NCBI GenBank assembly: GCA_964428175.1
Contig: CAYRXM010000001.1
Location: 33,977 to 97,976 of the forward strand
DNA length: 64,000 nucleotides
Source: an uncultured Anaerolineae bacterium
Lineage (GTDB): Bacteria; Chloroflexota; Anaerolineae; JAFGEY01
Direction of reading: 5' to 3'
Below are positions 27,584 through 35,885 of this stretch, piece after piece. Within the stretch, counting starts at the first letter, position 1. Each line of letters begins with the position of its first letter. A program made the translations under genes and the position numbers. The notes beneath the pieces are model-generated. The model saw nothing but the letters and a program-made list of their open reading frames with translations. It was not told the origin of the DNA and ran no database searches.

Positions 27584-27625
27584 GTGCAGGGACAGTGATG
27601 GCTCAAGCCATCGCTGTTCCTGCAC
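27584..27625 (+). promoter_or_regulatory. long intercistronic hairpin
   Basis: GTGCAGGGACAGTGATGGC-TCAA-GCCATCGCTGTTCCTGCAC: a 19-bp stem in which 2 positions are G-U type. Confidence 0.55.
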
Positions 27626-27645
27626 ATCTTACAGGCGGAGGGACA

Positions 27646-29169
27646 ATGGATATTCCCCTGCTCGAGATGAAGAACATTAGCAAAGAATTCCCCGGCGTCA
27701 AGGCTCTGGACGATGTCAGTTTTGCCGTGCGTGAAGGAGAAATTCATGGCCTGGTTGGAGAAAACGGCGCGGGAAAATCGACCCTGATGAAGGTGTTGAG
27801 CGGCGTCCATCCATATGGAACCTATAGCGGCGACATTTTGCTGCACGGGGAGACACAAACATTCAGAGGAATCGGCGACAGCGAAAAAGCCGGTATTGCC
27901 ATTATTTATCAAGAATTGGCGCTTGTCCCTGAAATGACCGTGTACGAAAACATTTTTCTCGGCCACGAGATTCGTCGTGGTCTCGCCATCGACTGGAACG
28001 AAACGATCAAGCGGGCCAGTGAAATGCTCCGCAGGGTCAGGCTCGATGTCAACCCCGAAACCAGGGTCAGAGACCTGGGCGTGGGCAAACAGCAGCTGGT
28101 CGAAATTGCCAAGGCGCTGAACCGCAACGTCAAGATATTGATTTTAGATGAGCCGACGGCGGCGCTGAACGAGGCCGACAGCGCCAACCTGCTGAACTTG
28201 CTGCGTGAGCAGCGCGAACACGGCGTGACCTGTGTCTTGATCTCGCACAAGCTCAGAGAAGTGATCGAAATTGCCGATTCGGTCACAGTTCTGCGCGACG
28301 GGAAAACCATCTGCACCCTGGATGCCCGCAACGGCGAGGTCTCCGAACCGGTGCTGATCAAGCACATGGTTGGGCGTGAGATCAACAACATCTATCCGCC
28401 GAGAGAGCATCGCCCGTCCGACGAAATCGTGCTTGAAGTGAGAGGCTGGAACGCCTTTCATCCCCAACTGGATCGGGACATTCTCAAAGACATTGACTTT
28501 ACGGTCAAAAAGGGCGAAATTGTCGGCTTTGCCGGGCTGATGGGATCGGGACGCACCGAGCTGGCATTGAGCCTGTTTGGCAACCCGGAAGGCTACCATA
28601 TCAGCGGCGAGATATTCTTGCACGGTGACAAGATGCACTTTGGCCACCCCAAAGACGCGATCAAGGCCGGGCTGGCCTATCTGAGCGAAGATAGAAAAGG
28701 CAACGGCCTGATCTTGATCCAGGATGTCAAGCAAAACATTACCCTCGCCAACTTGAGCGAGATCGCACGGCGCGGCGTGGTCGACAGTAATGCCGAAATC
28801 CAGGTCGCCACCCGCTACAAGGACTCGCTCAACATTCGCACCCCCAGCGTCGAGCAGCGGGTTGGAAATTTGAGCGGCGGCAACCAGCAAAAGGTCTGCC
28901 TGGGCAAGTGGTTGTTCGTCAGGCCAGATGTGCTCATCCTCGACGAGCCAACACGTGGCATCGACGTCGGCGCAAAATACGAAATCTATACCATTATGAA
29001 CCGGCTGATCCAGGAAGGGATGAGCATCATCATGATCTCGTCCGAACTGCCCGAGATATTGGGAATGAGCGACCGGGTATACGTCGTTTCTGCGGGCAGA
29101 ATCGTCGGCGAGCTGCCGGTAGAGGAAGCGACGCAAGAAGTGATCATGGATCTGGCGACTGATTATTGA
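27646..29169 (+). CDS. sugar ABC transporter ATP-binding protein (two NBDs, CUT2)
   Basis: RBS GGAGGG. Walker A GENGAGKST and GLMGSGRTE, Walker B ILILDEPT / VLILDEPT, and ISHKL switch. Confidence 0.9.
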   Translation: MDIPLLEMKNISKEFPGVKALDDVSFAVREGEIHGLVGENGAGKSTLMKVLSGVHPYGTYSGDILLHGETQTFRGIGDSEKAGIAIIYQELALVPEMTVYENIFLGHEIRRGLAIDWNETIKRASEMLRRVRLDVNPETRVRDLGVGKQQLVEIAKALNRNVKILILDEPTAALNEADSANLLNLLREQREHGVTCVLISHKLREVIEIADSVTVLRDGKTICTLDARNGEVSEPVLIKHMVGREINNIYPPREHRPSDEIVLEVRGWNAFHPQLDRDILKDIDFTVKKGEIVGFAGLMGSGRTELALSLFGNPEGYHISGEIFLHGDKMHFGHPKDAIKAGLAYLSEDRKGNGLILIQDVKQNITLANLSEIARRGVVDSNAEIQVATRYKDSLNIRTPSVEQRVGNLSGGNQQKVCLGKWLFVRPDVLILDEPTRGIDVGAKYEIYTIMNRLIQEGMSIIMISSELPEILGMSDRVYVVSAGRIVGELPVEEATQEVIMDLATDY

Positions 29170-29318
29170 CTTTGCTGAAAAAAGGTCGATCATGCGCTAA
29201 ATTGCCTGTTGAGGCTTTGATCTTGTGTTTAACAAGCACAATTGGCAAAGTCCCAAGATATTTGATGTGTTGAGCATTTTGACTTGTTTGTCGCTTTTGA
29301 CCTTTTTTCAGGAGAATC
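29157..29318 (+). repeat. MITE-like repeat, family B copy 1
   Basis: Collinear with 58313..58475. TIR CTGAAAAAAGGTC ... GACCTTTTTTCAG. The left boundary is uncertain and may overlap the last codons of the ATPase gene. Confidence 0.75.
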
Positions 29319-29335
29319 ATTATTGAGGAGGCTCT

Positions 29336-30520
29336 ATGTTTTTCCACGACCTGGCCCAAGTTTTGCGCAAAAATATTCGCGAATACGGCATGTACATTGC
29401 CCTGTTTGTGATCATGGTCATCTTTACAGTGACGACCAATGGTATATTTATCTCTTCGCGGAACATCAGCAACCTGCTGAACCAAACCGGCTATATCGCA
29501 GTCCTGGCGGTGGGGATGACACTGGTCATCGTTATCCGGCACATCGACCTGTCGGTCGGCTTTTTGGCCGGCTTTCTCGGCGCGGTGGCAGCGATTGCGC
29601 TGCAATTCTGGAAGCTGCCGGTTTATCTGGTCATCCCCATGATCCTGGTTCTCGGTGCGCTGGCTGGGCTGGTCACGGCTTTTCCGGTAGCCCAGTTGGG
29701 CATCCCTTCTTTTGTGGCCTCACTGGCTGGCTGGCTGATTTACCGTGGCGCACTGCTGCTGGTCACCGCCGGCACGGGCACCATCATTATCGATGACAAT
29801 ACGTTCAACGCGATCAGCAATGGCTATATCCCCGACATTCTGATCGACAGCGGCTTTTTGCCCAATGTGCATAAATTGACCTTGCTTATTGGATTGGTGG
29901 GCATTGTGCTGTTTATCGTCAACGAACTCAACAGCCGCAGGAAAAAACTAGCCTATAACTTTGAGGTCCTGCCGATCCCCATCTTTATCCTCAAGCTGGT
30001 CTTTGTGTCGGTGCTGATTGGCCTGATTACCTGGGTACTGTCGGGGTACAACGGCCTCTCCTGGACATTGGTCATTGTCTTGATTGTGGTCGCCATCTAT
30101 CATTTTATCACCACCCAAACCATCCTCGGACGGCACATCTATGCCATTGGCGGCAACCCCGAGGCCGCTGAATTGAGCGGCATCAGCGTCAAAAACCTGA
30201 CCTATGTGGTCTTTGGTTCGATGGGCATGCTCGCGGCGCTGTCGGGTATCATATATGCCTCGCGTTTGCGCTCGGCCACCACGACGGCCGGCCAGCTCTT
30301 TGAAATGGATGCCATTGCCGCGGCCTATATCGGCGGTGTATCAGCAGCCGGTGGCGTCGGCAAGGTGATGGGATCGATCATCGGCGCTCTGGTGTACATG
30401 TCGCTGACCAGCGGCATGAACCTGATGAAAGTCGATATTGCTTACCAGTACGTGGTCAGAGGGGCTGTACTGGTGGCTGCCGTTGTCTTTGATGTCGCCA
30501 CCCGCAGCCGGGGAAAATAA
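29336..30520 (+). CDS. sugar ABC transporter permease (CUT2, GguB/XylH-like)
   Basis: RBS GAGGAGG. Polytopic, and positioned directly after the ATPase gene. Confidence 0.85.
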   Translation: MFFHDLAQVLRKNIREYGMYIALFVIMVIFTVTTNGIFISSRNISNLLNQTGYIAVLAVGMTLVIVIRHIDLSVGFLAGFLGAVAAIALQFWKLPVYLVIPMILVLGALAGLVTAFPVAQLGIPSFVASLAGWLIYRGALLLVTAGTGTIIIDDNTFNAISNGYIPDILIDSGFLPNVHKLTLLIGLVGIVLFIVNELNSRRKKLAYNFEVLPIPIFILKLVFVSVLIGLITWVLSGYNGLSWTLVIVLIVVAIYHFITTQTILGRHIYAIGGNPEAAELSGISVKNLTYVVFGSMGMLAALSGIIYASRLRSATTTAGQLFEMDAIAAAYIGGVSAAGGVGKVMGSIIGALVYMSLTSGMNLMKVDIAYQYVVRGAVLVAAVVFDVATRSRGK

Positions 30521-30654
30521 GCCAAAGGCCAACGTGCAATCGACTCGCAAAGCATCTATTGTGCAGGCGTCCCCAATTGCTGTTCGCGTTGATCGCCTGC
30601 ACAACGCTTTAGGCTCTCGAGACATCCGAGCGGCAAGAAACGGGGTTTGAGCGG

Positions 30655-32244
30655 ATGAGCCTGTTGAGCGTTCACAACCTTGCACACTATTTCGGTGCGG
30701 TGCCGGCCCTGACAGACGTGAACCTGGACATTGAGCCGGGCGAAGTGATCGGCGTGGTCGGGCAGCGCGGGGCGGGTAAATCGACGCTGTTTCAATTGCT
30801 CAGCGGCGCTTTTGGCCCCTCCAACGGCGATATTGTGGTCGATGGCCGGCCGGTGACGTTCAAGACGGTTTTCCAGGCGCAGCGATTGGGCATTGTGGCC
30901 GTACACCAACAGCCCGGACTGATCGAAGACCAGGATGTCCTGCACAACATCTTTTTGGGCCGAGAAATCTGCGGCCCACGCTGGTTTCCGTTCTTGCCGC
31001 GAGAAGGGCAAATGATGCAGGCGGCGCGGGCATTACTGGCCTCGTTCGACCTGTCCAGCGAGTTTATCGAGCAGCATGCCGCCGTGCTTTCCAACGAGCA
31101 ACGACAGATCGTCGCCCTGGCGCGGGCGCTTTGCCGCCCATGCCGGCTGCTGCTGCTCGACGACGCCCTGGCCGCGCTGAACTTTGCGCGCCAGCAAACG
31201 CTGCTCGACCGGATCAAGGAACTGGCGGCGCAGAATGTCGCCATCGTCATGAGCAGCGATGACTTGAAGCAGATTTTTGCCGTTACCGACCGTATCCTGG
31301 TGCTCTACCAGGGCCGCCAGGTCGCCCTCCGTCACACCACCGAATCTACGCCGCGCGAAATTGTGGAACTCATCGTCGGCTCCAACCGCCAGGATCGCAT
31401 CACCCCGGTCATTTGGGCTTTTGAAAACTATTACGCTGCCCAGCAGCAGGCTGAGGAACTGCGACGGGCGCAGTTTGAACTGCGTCAAAACCTGGAAGCG
31501 CAAGGCTCGCTCAATCGCCAGTTGATCGAACGGCTGCAAAGCCAGGTGCAGGCGCTCGACCGTTTGAACCTGGCCTTGCAGCAGCTCAGCCGCCGCCTGA
31601 TCACCGAACGCGAAGCCGAGCGCAAGGCGCTGGCGCGCGAACTGCACGATCAGATCATCCAGGATATGTTGAGCTATACCTACCAGTTGGAAGAGGTGGA
31701 GAGTGAAACCAACGAGGAGAGCCTGCGCGAGCAGCTGGCCCAAATCCGCGACGGCATCCGGCAAATGGTGGGCAGCCTGCGCCTGTTGTGCAGCGACCTG
31801 CGCCCGCCCACCATCGACCACCACGGCCTTTCGGCGGCCATCCGTTCGCTGACAAGCCAGTGGTCGGAACAAACCGGCATCCCGGTCAAACTGGAAATCG
31901 ATCCGGCGCTGGGCCGCCTGCCGGAAACCATCGAGCTTTCAGTGTTTAGAATCATCCAGGAGGGGTTGAGCAACGTGCGCAAGCACGCCGAGGCCACGCG
32001 CGTGAACCTCTCCCTGTGGCGCACCCCCGCCGCCAGCCTGATGGTGTGTCTGTCCGACAACGGCCGCGGCATGGACAAACCGCTCAACCTGGCCGCGCTG
32101 ACCGAGCAAAAGCATTTCGGGCTGGTGGGCATCAGCGAGCGCGTGTCGCTGCTGGGCGGCGCCTTGCAGGTGGCCTCACCGTCCGACGGCGGGCTGGAGC
32201 TGCGCATCGAAATCCCCAATCCCTACCCGTTCAGTCATCCATAA
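30655..32244 (+). CDS. soluble histidine kinase with N-terminal degenerate ABC nucleotide-binding domain (NBD - coiled coil - HisKA_3 - HATPase_c)
   Basis: The N-terminal ~245 aa are collinear with NBD1 of the neighbouring ATPase: Walker A GQRGAGKST, signature LSNEQRQ, Walker B LLLLDD, and the switch His lost (SSDDL). A Q/L/R-rich heptad region follows, then H-box ERKALARELHDQIIQ and HATPase_c (EGLSNVRKHA, DNGRGM, FGLVGISER). No TM helix. Confidence 0.85.
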   Translation: MSLLSVHNLAHYFGAVPALTDVNLDIEPGEVIGVVGQRGAGKSTLFQLLSGAFGPSNGDIVVDGRPVTFKTVFQAQRLGIVAVHQQPGLIEDQDVLHNIFLGREICGPRWFPFLPREGQMMQAARALLASFDLSSEFIEQHAAVLSNEQRQIVALARALCRPCRLLLLDDALAALNFARQQTLLDRIKELAAQNVAIVMSSDDLKQIFAVTDRILVLYQGRQVALRHTTESTPREIVELIVGSNRQDRITPVIWAFENYYAAQQQAEELRRAQFELRQNLEAQGSLNRQLIERLQSQVQALDRLNLALQQLSRRLITEREAERKALARELHDQIIQDMLSYTYQLEEVESETNEESLREQLAQIRDGIRQMVGSLRLLCSDLRPPTIDHHGLSAAIRSLTSQWSEQTGIPVKLEIDPALGRLPETIELSVFRIIQEGLSNVRKHAEATRVNLSLWRTPAASLMVCLSDNGRGMDKPLNLAALTEQKHFGLVGISERVSLLGGALQVASPSDGGLELRIEIPNPYPFSHP

Positions 32245-33320
32245 TCGGGCCGGCAGTTCAGCACATCCTGCACCACGTGCAAGACGGTGGCCGCATCAAT
32301 GTCCTGCTTGTCCAGAAACGCCACCGCGCCGGCGTCCAACCCCAGGCGGCGAAATTCTCGGTCTGGGTAGGCGCTGATCAAAATGAGCCGGGTCGCCGGT
32401 GAGAGGGTTTTGATCTGGCGCGTACACCAGATTCCCCCCTTTTCTGGCAAAACCACATCGATGAACGCCAGCTGCGGCTGCACGTGCCGGGCCAGGTGCA
32501 GCGCCTCGTCGCAGTCATTGGCCTCATAGAGCGAGGCGGCCGGATAGGCCTTGCCGACCAGCTTGCCGAGCTGCGTGCGGTAGCGCGCATTGTCGTCGAC
32601 AATGAGCACGGACAGACCTGGCTCTCCTTGCATCGCCGCGTCTGTGAGCGCCATTTCATAGCCGGGCCGGGCCAGTATTTCCGGGTGACGCATGGCATAG
32701 TTGTTGGCCTCCAGCCGGCTCTCCACGCCGATGACCCGGTAAAGCGCGGTGAGGTGATTTTCCACCGTCTTGACGCTCAAATCAAGTTCGCCGGCGATCC
32801 GCCGGTTGCTGTAGCCGAGCGTCAGCAGGCGCAGCAGGTCGCGCTGCCGCTGGGTCAGCATGGCCGACGATGTACCGGTCGTGACCGGGTGTTGGTCAAT
32901 CAGCCGGTTCACCAACGGGCCGGAAATCCAGCGATCCCCGCTCAAAATCTTGCGCACCGCAAATTGCAGGTCAGAAAGCGGCTGGTCCTTGAGGTGATAC
33001 CCGTCCACGCCGGCGGAGAGCAGCCCCACCACGTAGGCCTGATCGTCGTAGGCGCTCACCACCAGAATTTTGAGGCCGGGATATTGGGAACGAATCCGGC
33101 GCGTCATCGCTACCGGCTCGAATTCGGGCATATTGACATCGACGACCAGAAAATCCGGCCCAAGTGTTTCAAGCGCCTGCATCAGTTCACTGCCGCTGCC
33201 CACTTCACCGACGATTTCCAGGCCGGTCAGGTTAGCCAGCGCATTGCGCAGCCCCGCGCGCACAATCGCGTGATCGTCGGCCAACAGAACCTGGATGGAC
33301 TTGCACATTTTCGCCTTCAT
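32235..33320 (-). CDS. NarL/LuxR-family response regulator with REC-HTH-REC architecture
   Basis: REC1 VLLADDH...VVDVNMPEF...VSAY...HLKD. LuxR HTH LTQRQRDLLRLLTLGYSNRRIAGELDLSVKTVENHLTALY. REC2 VLIVDDN...FIDVVLPEKGG...ISAY...FLDK. The start is ambiguous (33308, 33320 or 33338). Confidence 0.85.
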   Translation of the reverse strand: MKAKMCKSIQVLLADDHAIVRAGLRNALANLTGLEIVGEVGSGSELMQALETLGPDFLVVDVNMPEFEPVAMTRRIRSQYPGLKILVVSAYDDQAYVVGLLSAGVDGYHLKDQPLSDLQFAVRKILSGDRWISGPLVNRLIDQHPVTTGTSSAMLTQRQRDLLRLLTLGYSNRRIAGELDLSVKTVENHLTALYRVIGVESRLEANNYAMRHPEILARPGYEMALTDAAMQGEPGLSVLIVDDNARYRTQLGKLVGKAYPAASLYEANDCDEALHLARHVQPQLAFIDVVLPEKGGIWCTRQIKTLSPATRLILISAYPDREFRRLGLDAGAVAFLDKQDIDAATVLHVVQDVLNCRPDYG

Positions 33321-33344
33321 TCGTCTGATCAACCACAAGCCGGG

Positions 33345-33947
33345 CTATGCGTCTGTGCCCGGCACAAACACGCGCAGCCCATCGCGCTCATCCACAATAT
33401 AGGCCCTGGACGGGTACTTGAGCGCCACCCCAACCAGCCACATATCGCCGATCGAACTGCCCGTGTTGAGCACCGTGCAGAAAACAATCGTCCAGCCCAG
33501 CCAGCCCGGCAGGGGCAAAACCAGCAGCAGCAGCCCCAGCAGTCCCAACCCCACCAGCGGGGCCAGCGCGATCACAATATAGTGATTGCGCCGGAAAGCG
33601 TAGCTGGGTGCCGTCGCGTAAAACATCATCTCTTTCCACAAAATGCCATACCTGGGGCGTGCGCCGTAATAGCGCAAGGCGAGGCCGTGCGTCCACTCGT
33701 GGATCACGATGGTCAGCACAACGCCAATCACCATCGCCAGTATCTCGAGCGGGTGCATGCTAACGGTGAACCCGTCCGGGTGCCACAGATTCACCCAGCT
33801 CAAGATGGGCATGGCGACCAGCCCCATCAGCAGCAGGGCCACCACGTTCAAAACCACGAGCAGCAGTTTCTGCCCGGACAGTTTCCAATACAGCACCTGC
33901 CGGTAGCCATCGGGCAGGTGAATGGGCGATGCCAGCTCGGTTGTCAT
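33345..33947 (-). CDS. DUF3267-like membrane protein (putative zincin, HExxH)
   Basis: IHEWTHGLALRYYGA motif between TM helices. Ends 7-25 nt before the regulator start. Start trimmed to MTTELASP. Confidence 0.65.
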   Translation of the reverse strand: MTTELASPIHLPDGYRQVLYWKLSGQKLLLVVLNVVALLLMGLVAMPILSWVNLWHPDGFTVSMHPLEILAMVIGVVLTIVIHEWTHGLALRYYGARPRYGILWKEMMFYATAPSYAFRRNHYIVIALAPLVGLGLLGLLLLVLPLPGWLGWTIVFCTVLNTGSSIGDMWLVGVALKYPSRAYIVDERDGLRVFVPGTDA

Positions 33948-34049
33948 ATATCGGCTTGACTCCTCTCCCGCTTGCGGTCTAGGCATAGCGGCCACAGCTG
34001 AGCCGGTATTATAGCACGAGTTGACCTAAAAACCCAAGTGTCGCGCAAT

Positions 34050-34078
34050 TTGACATATCTAGTGAACCGTGTTACACT
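34050..34078 (+). promoter_or_regulatory. sigma70-like promoter
   Basis: TTGACA-17 nt-TACACT, about 190 nt upstream of the Lys-rich micro-ORF. Confidence 0.4.
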
Positions 34079-34272
34079 TTTAGGCATATTGCAGCACCAT
34101 ACCAATGCCCAATTTGCTGTCCCCGTGGCGAGGAAAATGACGGCGCTGCGTGAGCCGCCGTCGCCGAAATTCACATTCTGGCGTTGTATGCGCGGGCCGA
34201 ACGCCTGCGCTGGGTGCTTTGAGTGGCAGCGGTCACTTTCAAAGCTTATCGTTCGAGTGAAAGGAGACAACG

Positions 34273-34347
34273 ATGGCAAAAGGCAAGGACAAAGGCAAGG
34301 ACAAAGGCAAGGAAAAGGCCAAGAAGGAAAAGAAAGACAAGAAATAA
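34273..34347 (+). CDS. 24-aa Lys-rich micro-protein MAKGKDKGKDKGKEKAKKEKKDKK
   Basis: RBS AAAGGAGA lies 6 nt before the ATG, and a hairpin terminator follows about 50 nt after the TAA. The ORF is too short for the ORF track. Confidence 0.45.
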   Translation: MAKGKDKGKDKGKEKAKKEKKDKK

Positions 34348-34398
34348 AGCCGGCCCGGTCTGGGGCAGGCCTTGTCTTTCTGGTTTGTAGTTCGTGAC

Positions 34399-34437
34399 GT
34401 GCGCCGAGAGCGGATTCGCTCCCGGCGCACATTTTTT
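34399..34437. terminator. bidirectional terminator (micro-ORF / hisD)
   Basis: GTGCGCCGAGAGCG-GATT-CGCTCCCGGCGCAC followed by ATTTTTT. The hisD stop abuts it on the other strand. Confidence 0.65.
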
Positions 34438-35767
34438 AATGGCGGATTTCAATCGCCGCGGCGTGCGCGGTCAGCCCTTCGGCCCGGGCCAGGACAATCG
34501 CCGCCGGCGCGATGCGCGCCGCCGTCGACGCGGCGGGAGCAAAAATGCTGGTGATCTTGAGAAAATCCCACACGTTGCACGGCGATCCAAAGCGCGCCGT
34601 GCCGCCGGTGGGCATGATGTGCGTCGGCCCGACGACATAATCGCCCAACGCTTCCGAGGCACTTTCGCCGACAAAGATGCCGCCGGCGTTGCGCACCCGG
34701 CCCACCCAGGGCCACGGATCGCGCACCAGCAGGCATAGATGCTCCGGCGCGTACTCGTTGGCCAGCTCCATCGCCTGGCCCAGATCGCCGGTGACGACGA
34801 TGCCGCCCTGTCCGGCAAACGCTTCGCCGATGACTTGAGCATGGTCGAGCTGCAAGGCTTGCCGGGCGACCTCGGCCTGCACCCGCGCGGCAAGCTCTGC
34901 CGACGGCGTCAGGCAAATCGGCGAAGCGAGTACATCGTGCTCGGCCTGGGCTAGCAAGTCGGCGGCGACCAGCGCCGGGTTGGCGTTCTCGTCGGCAAGG
35001 ATCATCGTCTCGGTGGGGCCGGGCAGCCCGTCGATACCCACCTGCCCGAACACGCGCCGTTTGGCGAGTATCACAAAGAGGTTGCCCGGACCGAGAATTT
35101 TGTCCACGCGGGGCACGCTTGGGCTGCCGTAAGCCAGCGCGCCAATCGCCTGCGCGCCGCCAATCTTGTACACTGCATCCACCCCGGCGACGCGCGCGGC
35201 GGCCAAAATCACCCCGGCGACGCGCCCGTCTTTTTGCGGTGGGCTGGTCACGATCACCTCCCCCACACCGGCCACCCGCGCGGGCACGGCAGCCATCAGC
35301 AGTGACGATGGATAGGGCGCACGCCCGCCCGGCGCATAGATGCCCACCCGCTCCAGTGGGCGGATGATCTGCCCCAACGCGCCACCTTCGCCATCCCAGT
35401 CGATCCAGGATTGTTTGTACTGCTTGTTGTGAAAGTCGCGGACACGGTCGGCGGCGACCTGCAACGCCTCGCGCAGCGCAAGCGGCGTGTCTTCCCACGC
35501 GGCGTCCATTTCCCGCTCGGAGACGCGCAGGTCGTCTACCTCGACGCCTTCGATGCGCCGGTTGTAATCGCGCAGCGCATCGTCGCCGCGCTCGCGCACG
35601 TCATTCAGGATGATTTCGACGGCCTGGTCGGGCGTCAGCGGGGCGCCAAAGATTTTTTCGATGCCGGCCTGCAAGGCCGGCGTGATCTCGACCGCGTCCC
35701 AGGCCCGGCGGCGAAGAATCGTCTGCCGGGCTGTCGAAACGTCATAGATATTGACGATGTTTTTCAT
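34436..35767 (-). CDS. hisD: histidinol dehydrogenase
   Basis: Full-length HisD-like sequence (GGAQAIGALAYG, AEHD, THIMPTGGTARF). Confidence 0.93.
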   Translation of the reverse strand: MKNIVNIYDVSTARQTILRRRAWDAVEITPALQAGIEKIFGAPLTPDQAVEIILNDVRERGDDALRDYNRRIEGVEVDDLRVSEREMDAAWEDTPLALREALQVAADRVRDFHNKQYKQSWIDWDGEGGALGQIIRPLERVGIYAPGGRAPYPSSLLMAAVPARVAGVGEVIVTSPPQKDGRVAGVILAAARVAGVDAVYKIGGAQAIGALAYGSPSVPRVDKILGPGNLFVILAKRRVFGQVGIDGLPGPTETMILADENANPALVAADLLAQAEHDVLASPICLTPSAELAARVQAEVARQALQLDHAQVIGEAFAGQGGIVVTGDLGQAMELANEYAPEHLCLLVRDPWPWVGRVRNAGGIFVGESASEALGDYVVGPTHIMPTGGTARFGSPCNVWDFLKITSIFAPAASTAARIAPAAIVLARAEGLTAHAAAIEIRH

Positions 35768-35803
35768 TGTCTTGTAGCCTTTCTATTTCGAAAATCGCCG
35801 TCG

Positions 35804-35885
35804 GTAGGGGCGAGGGCAACCCGCAGGGTTGCTTGCGGTCGCCAGGGCGGGTACAAGCAGGGGCGAGGCTCGCCCTTGCCCCTAC
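35804..35885. repeat. nested GC-rich palindromic element
   Basis: GTAGGGGCGAGGGC ... GCCCTTGCCCCTAC outer arms enclose the inner palindromes AACCCGCAGGGTT and GGCGAGGCTCGCC. It lies in the hisG-hisD spacer. Confidence 0.5.

Noticed and set aside
26341-27966. Very long ORFs antisense to or out of frame with annotated genes, for example 26341..27966(-), 502..1398(-), 3111..4253(-), 24449..25960(-), 41457..42920(-), 47263..48609(-), 52648..53964(+), 56684..58270(+) and 34449..35498(-).
   Set aside because: Their translations are Arg/Ala/Gly/Pro/His-rich low-complexity strings with no motifs. Each lies opposite a frame with clear family signatures. These are typical shadow ORFs of GC-rich DNA.
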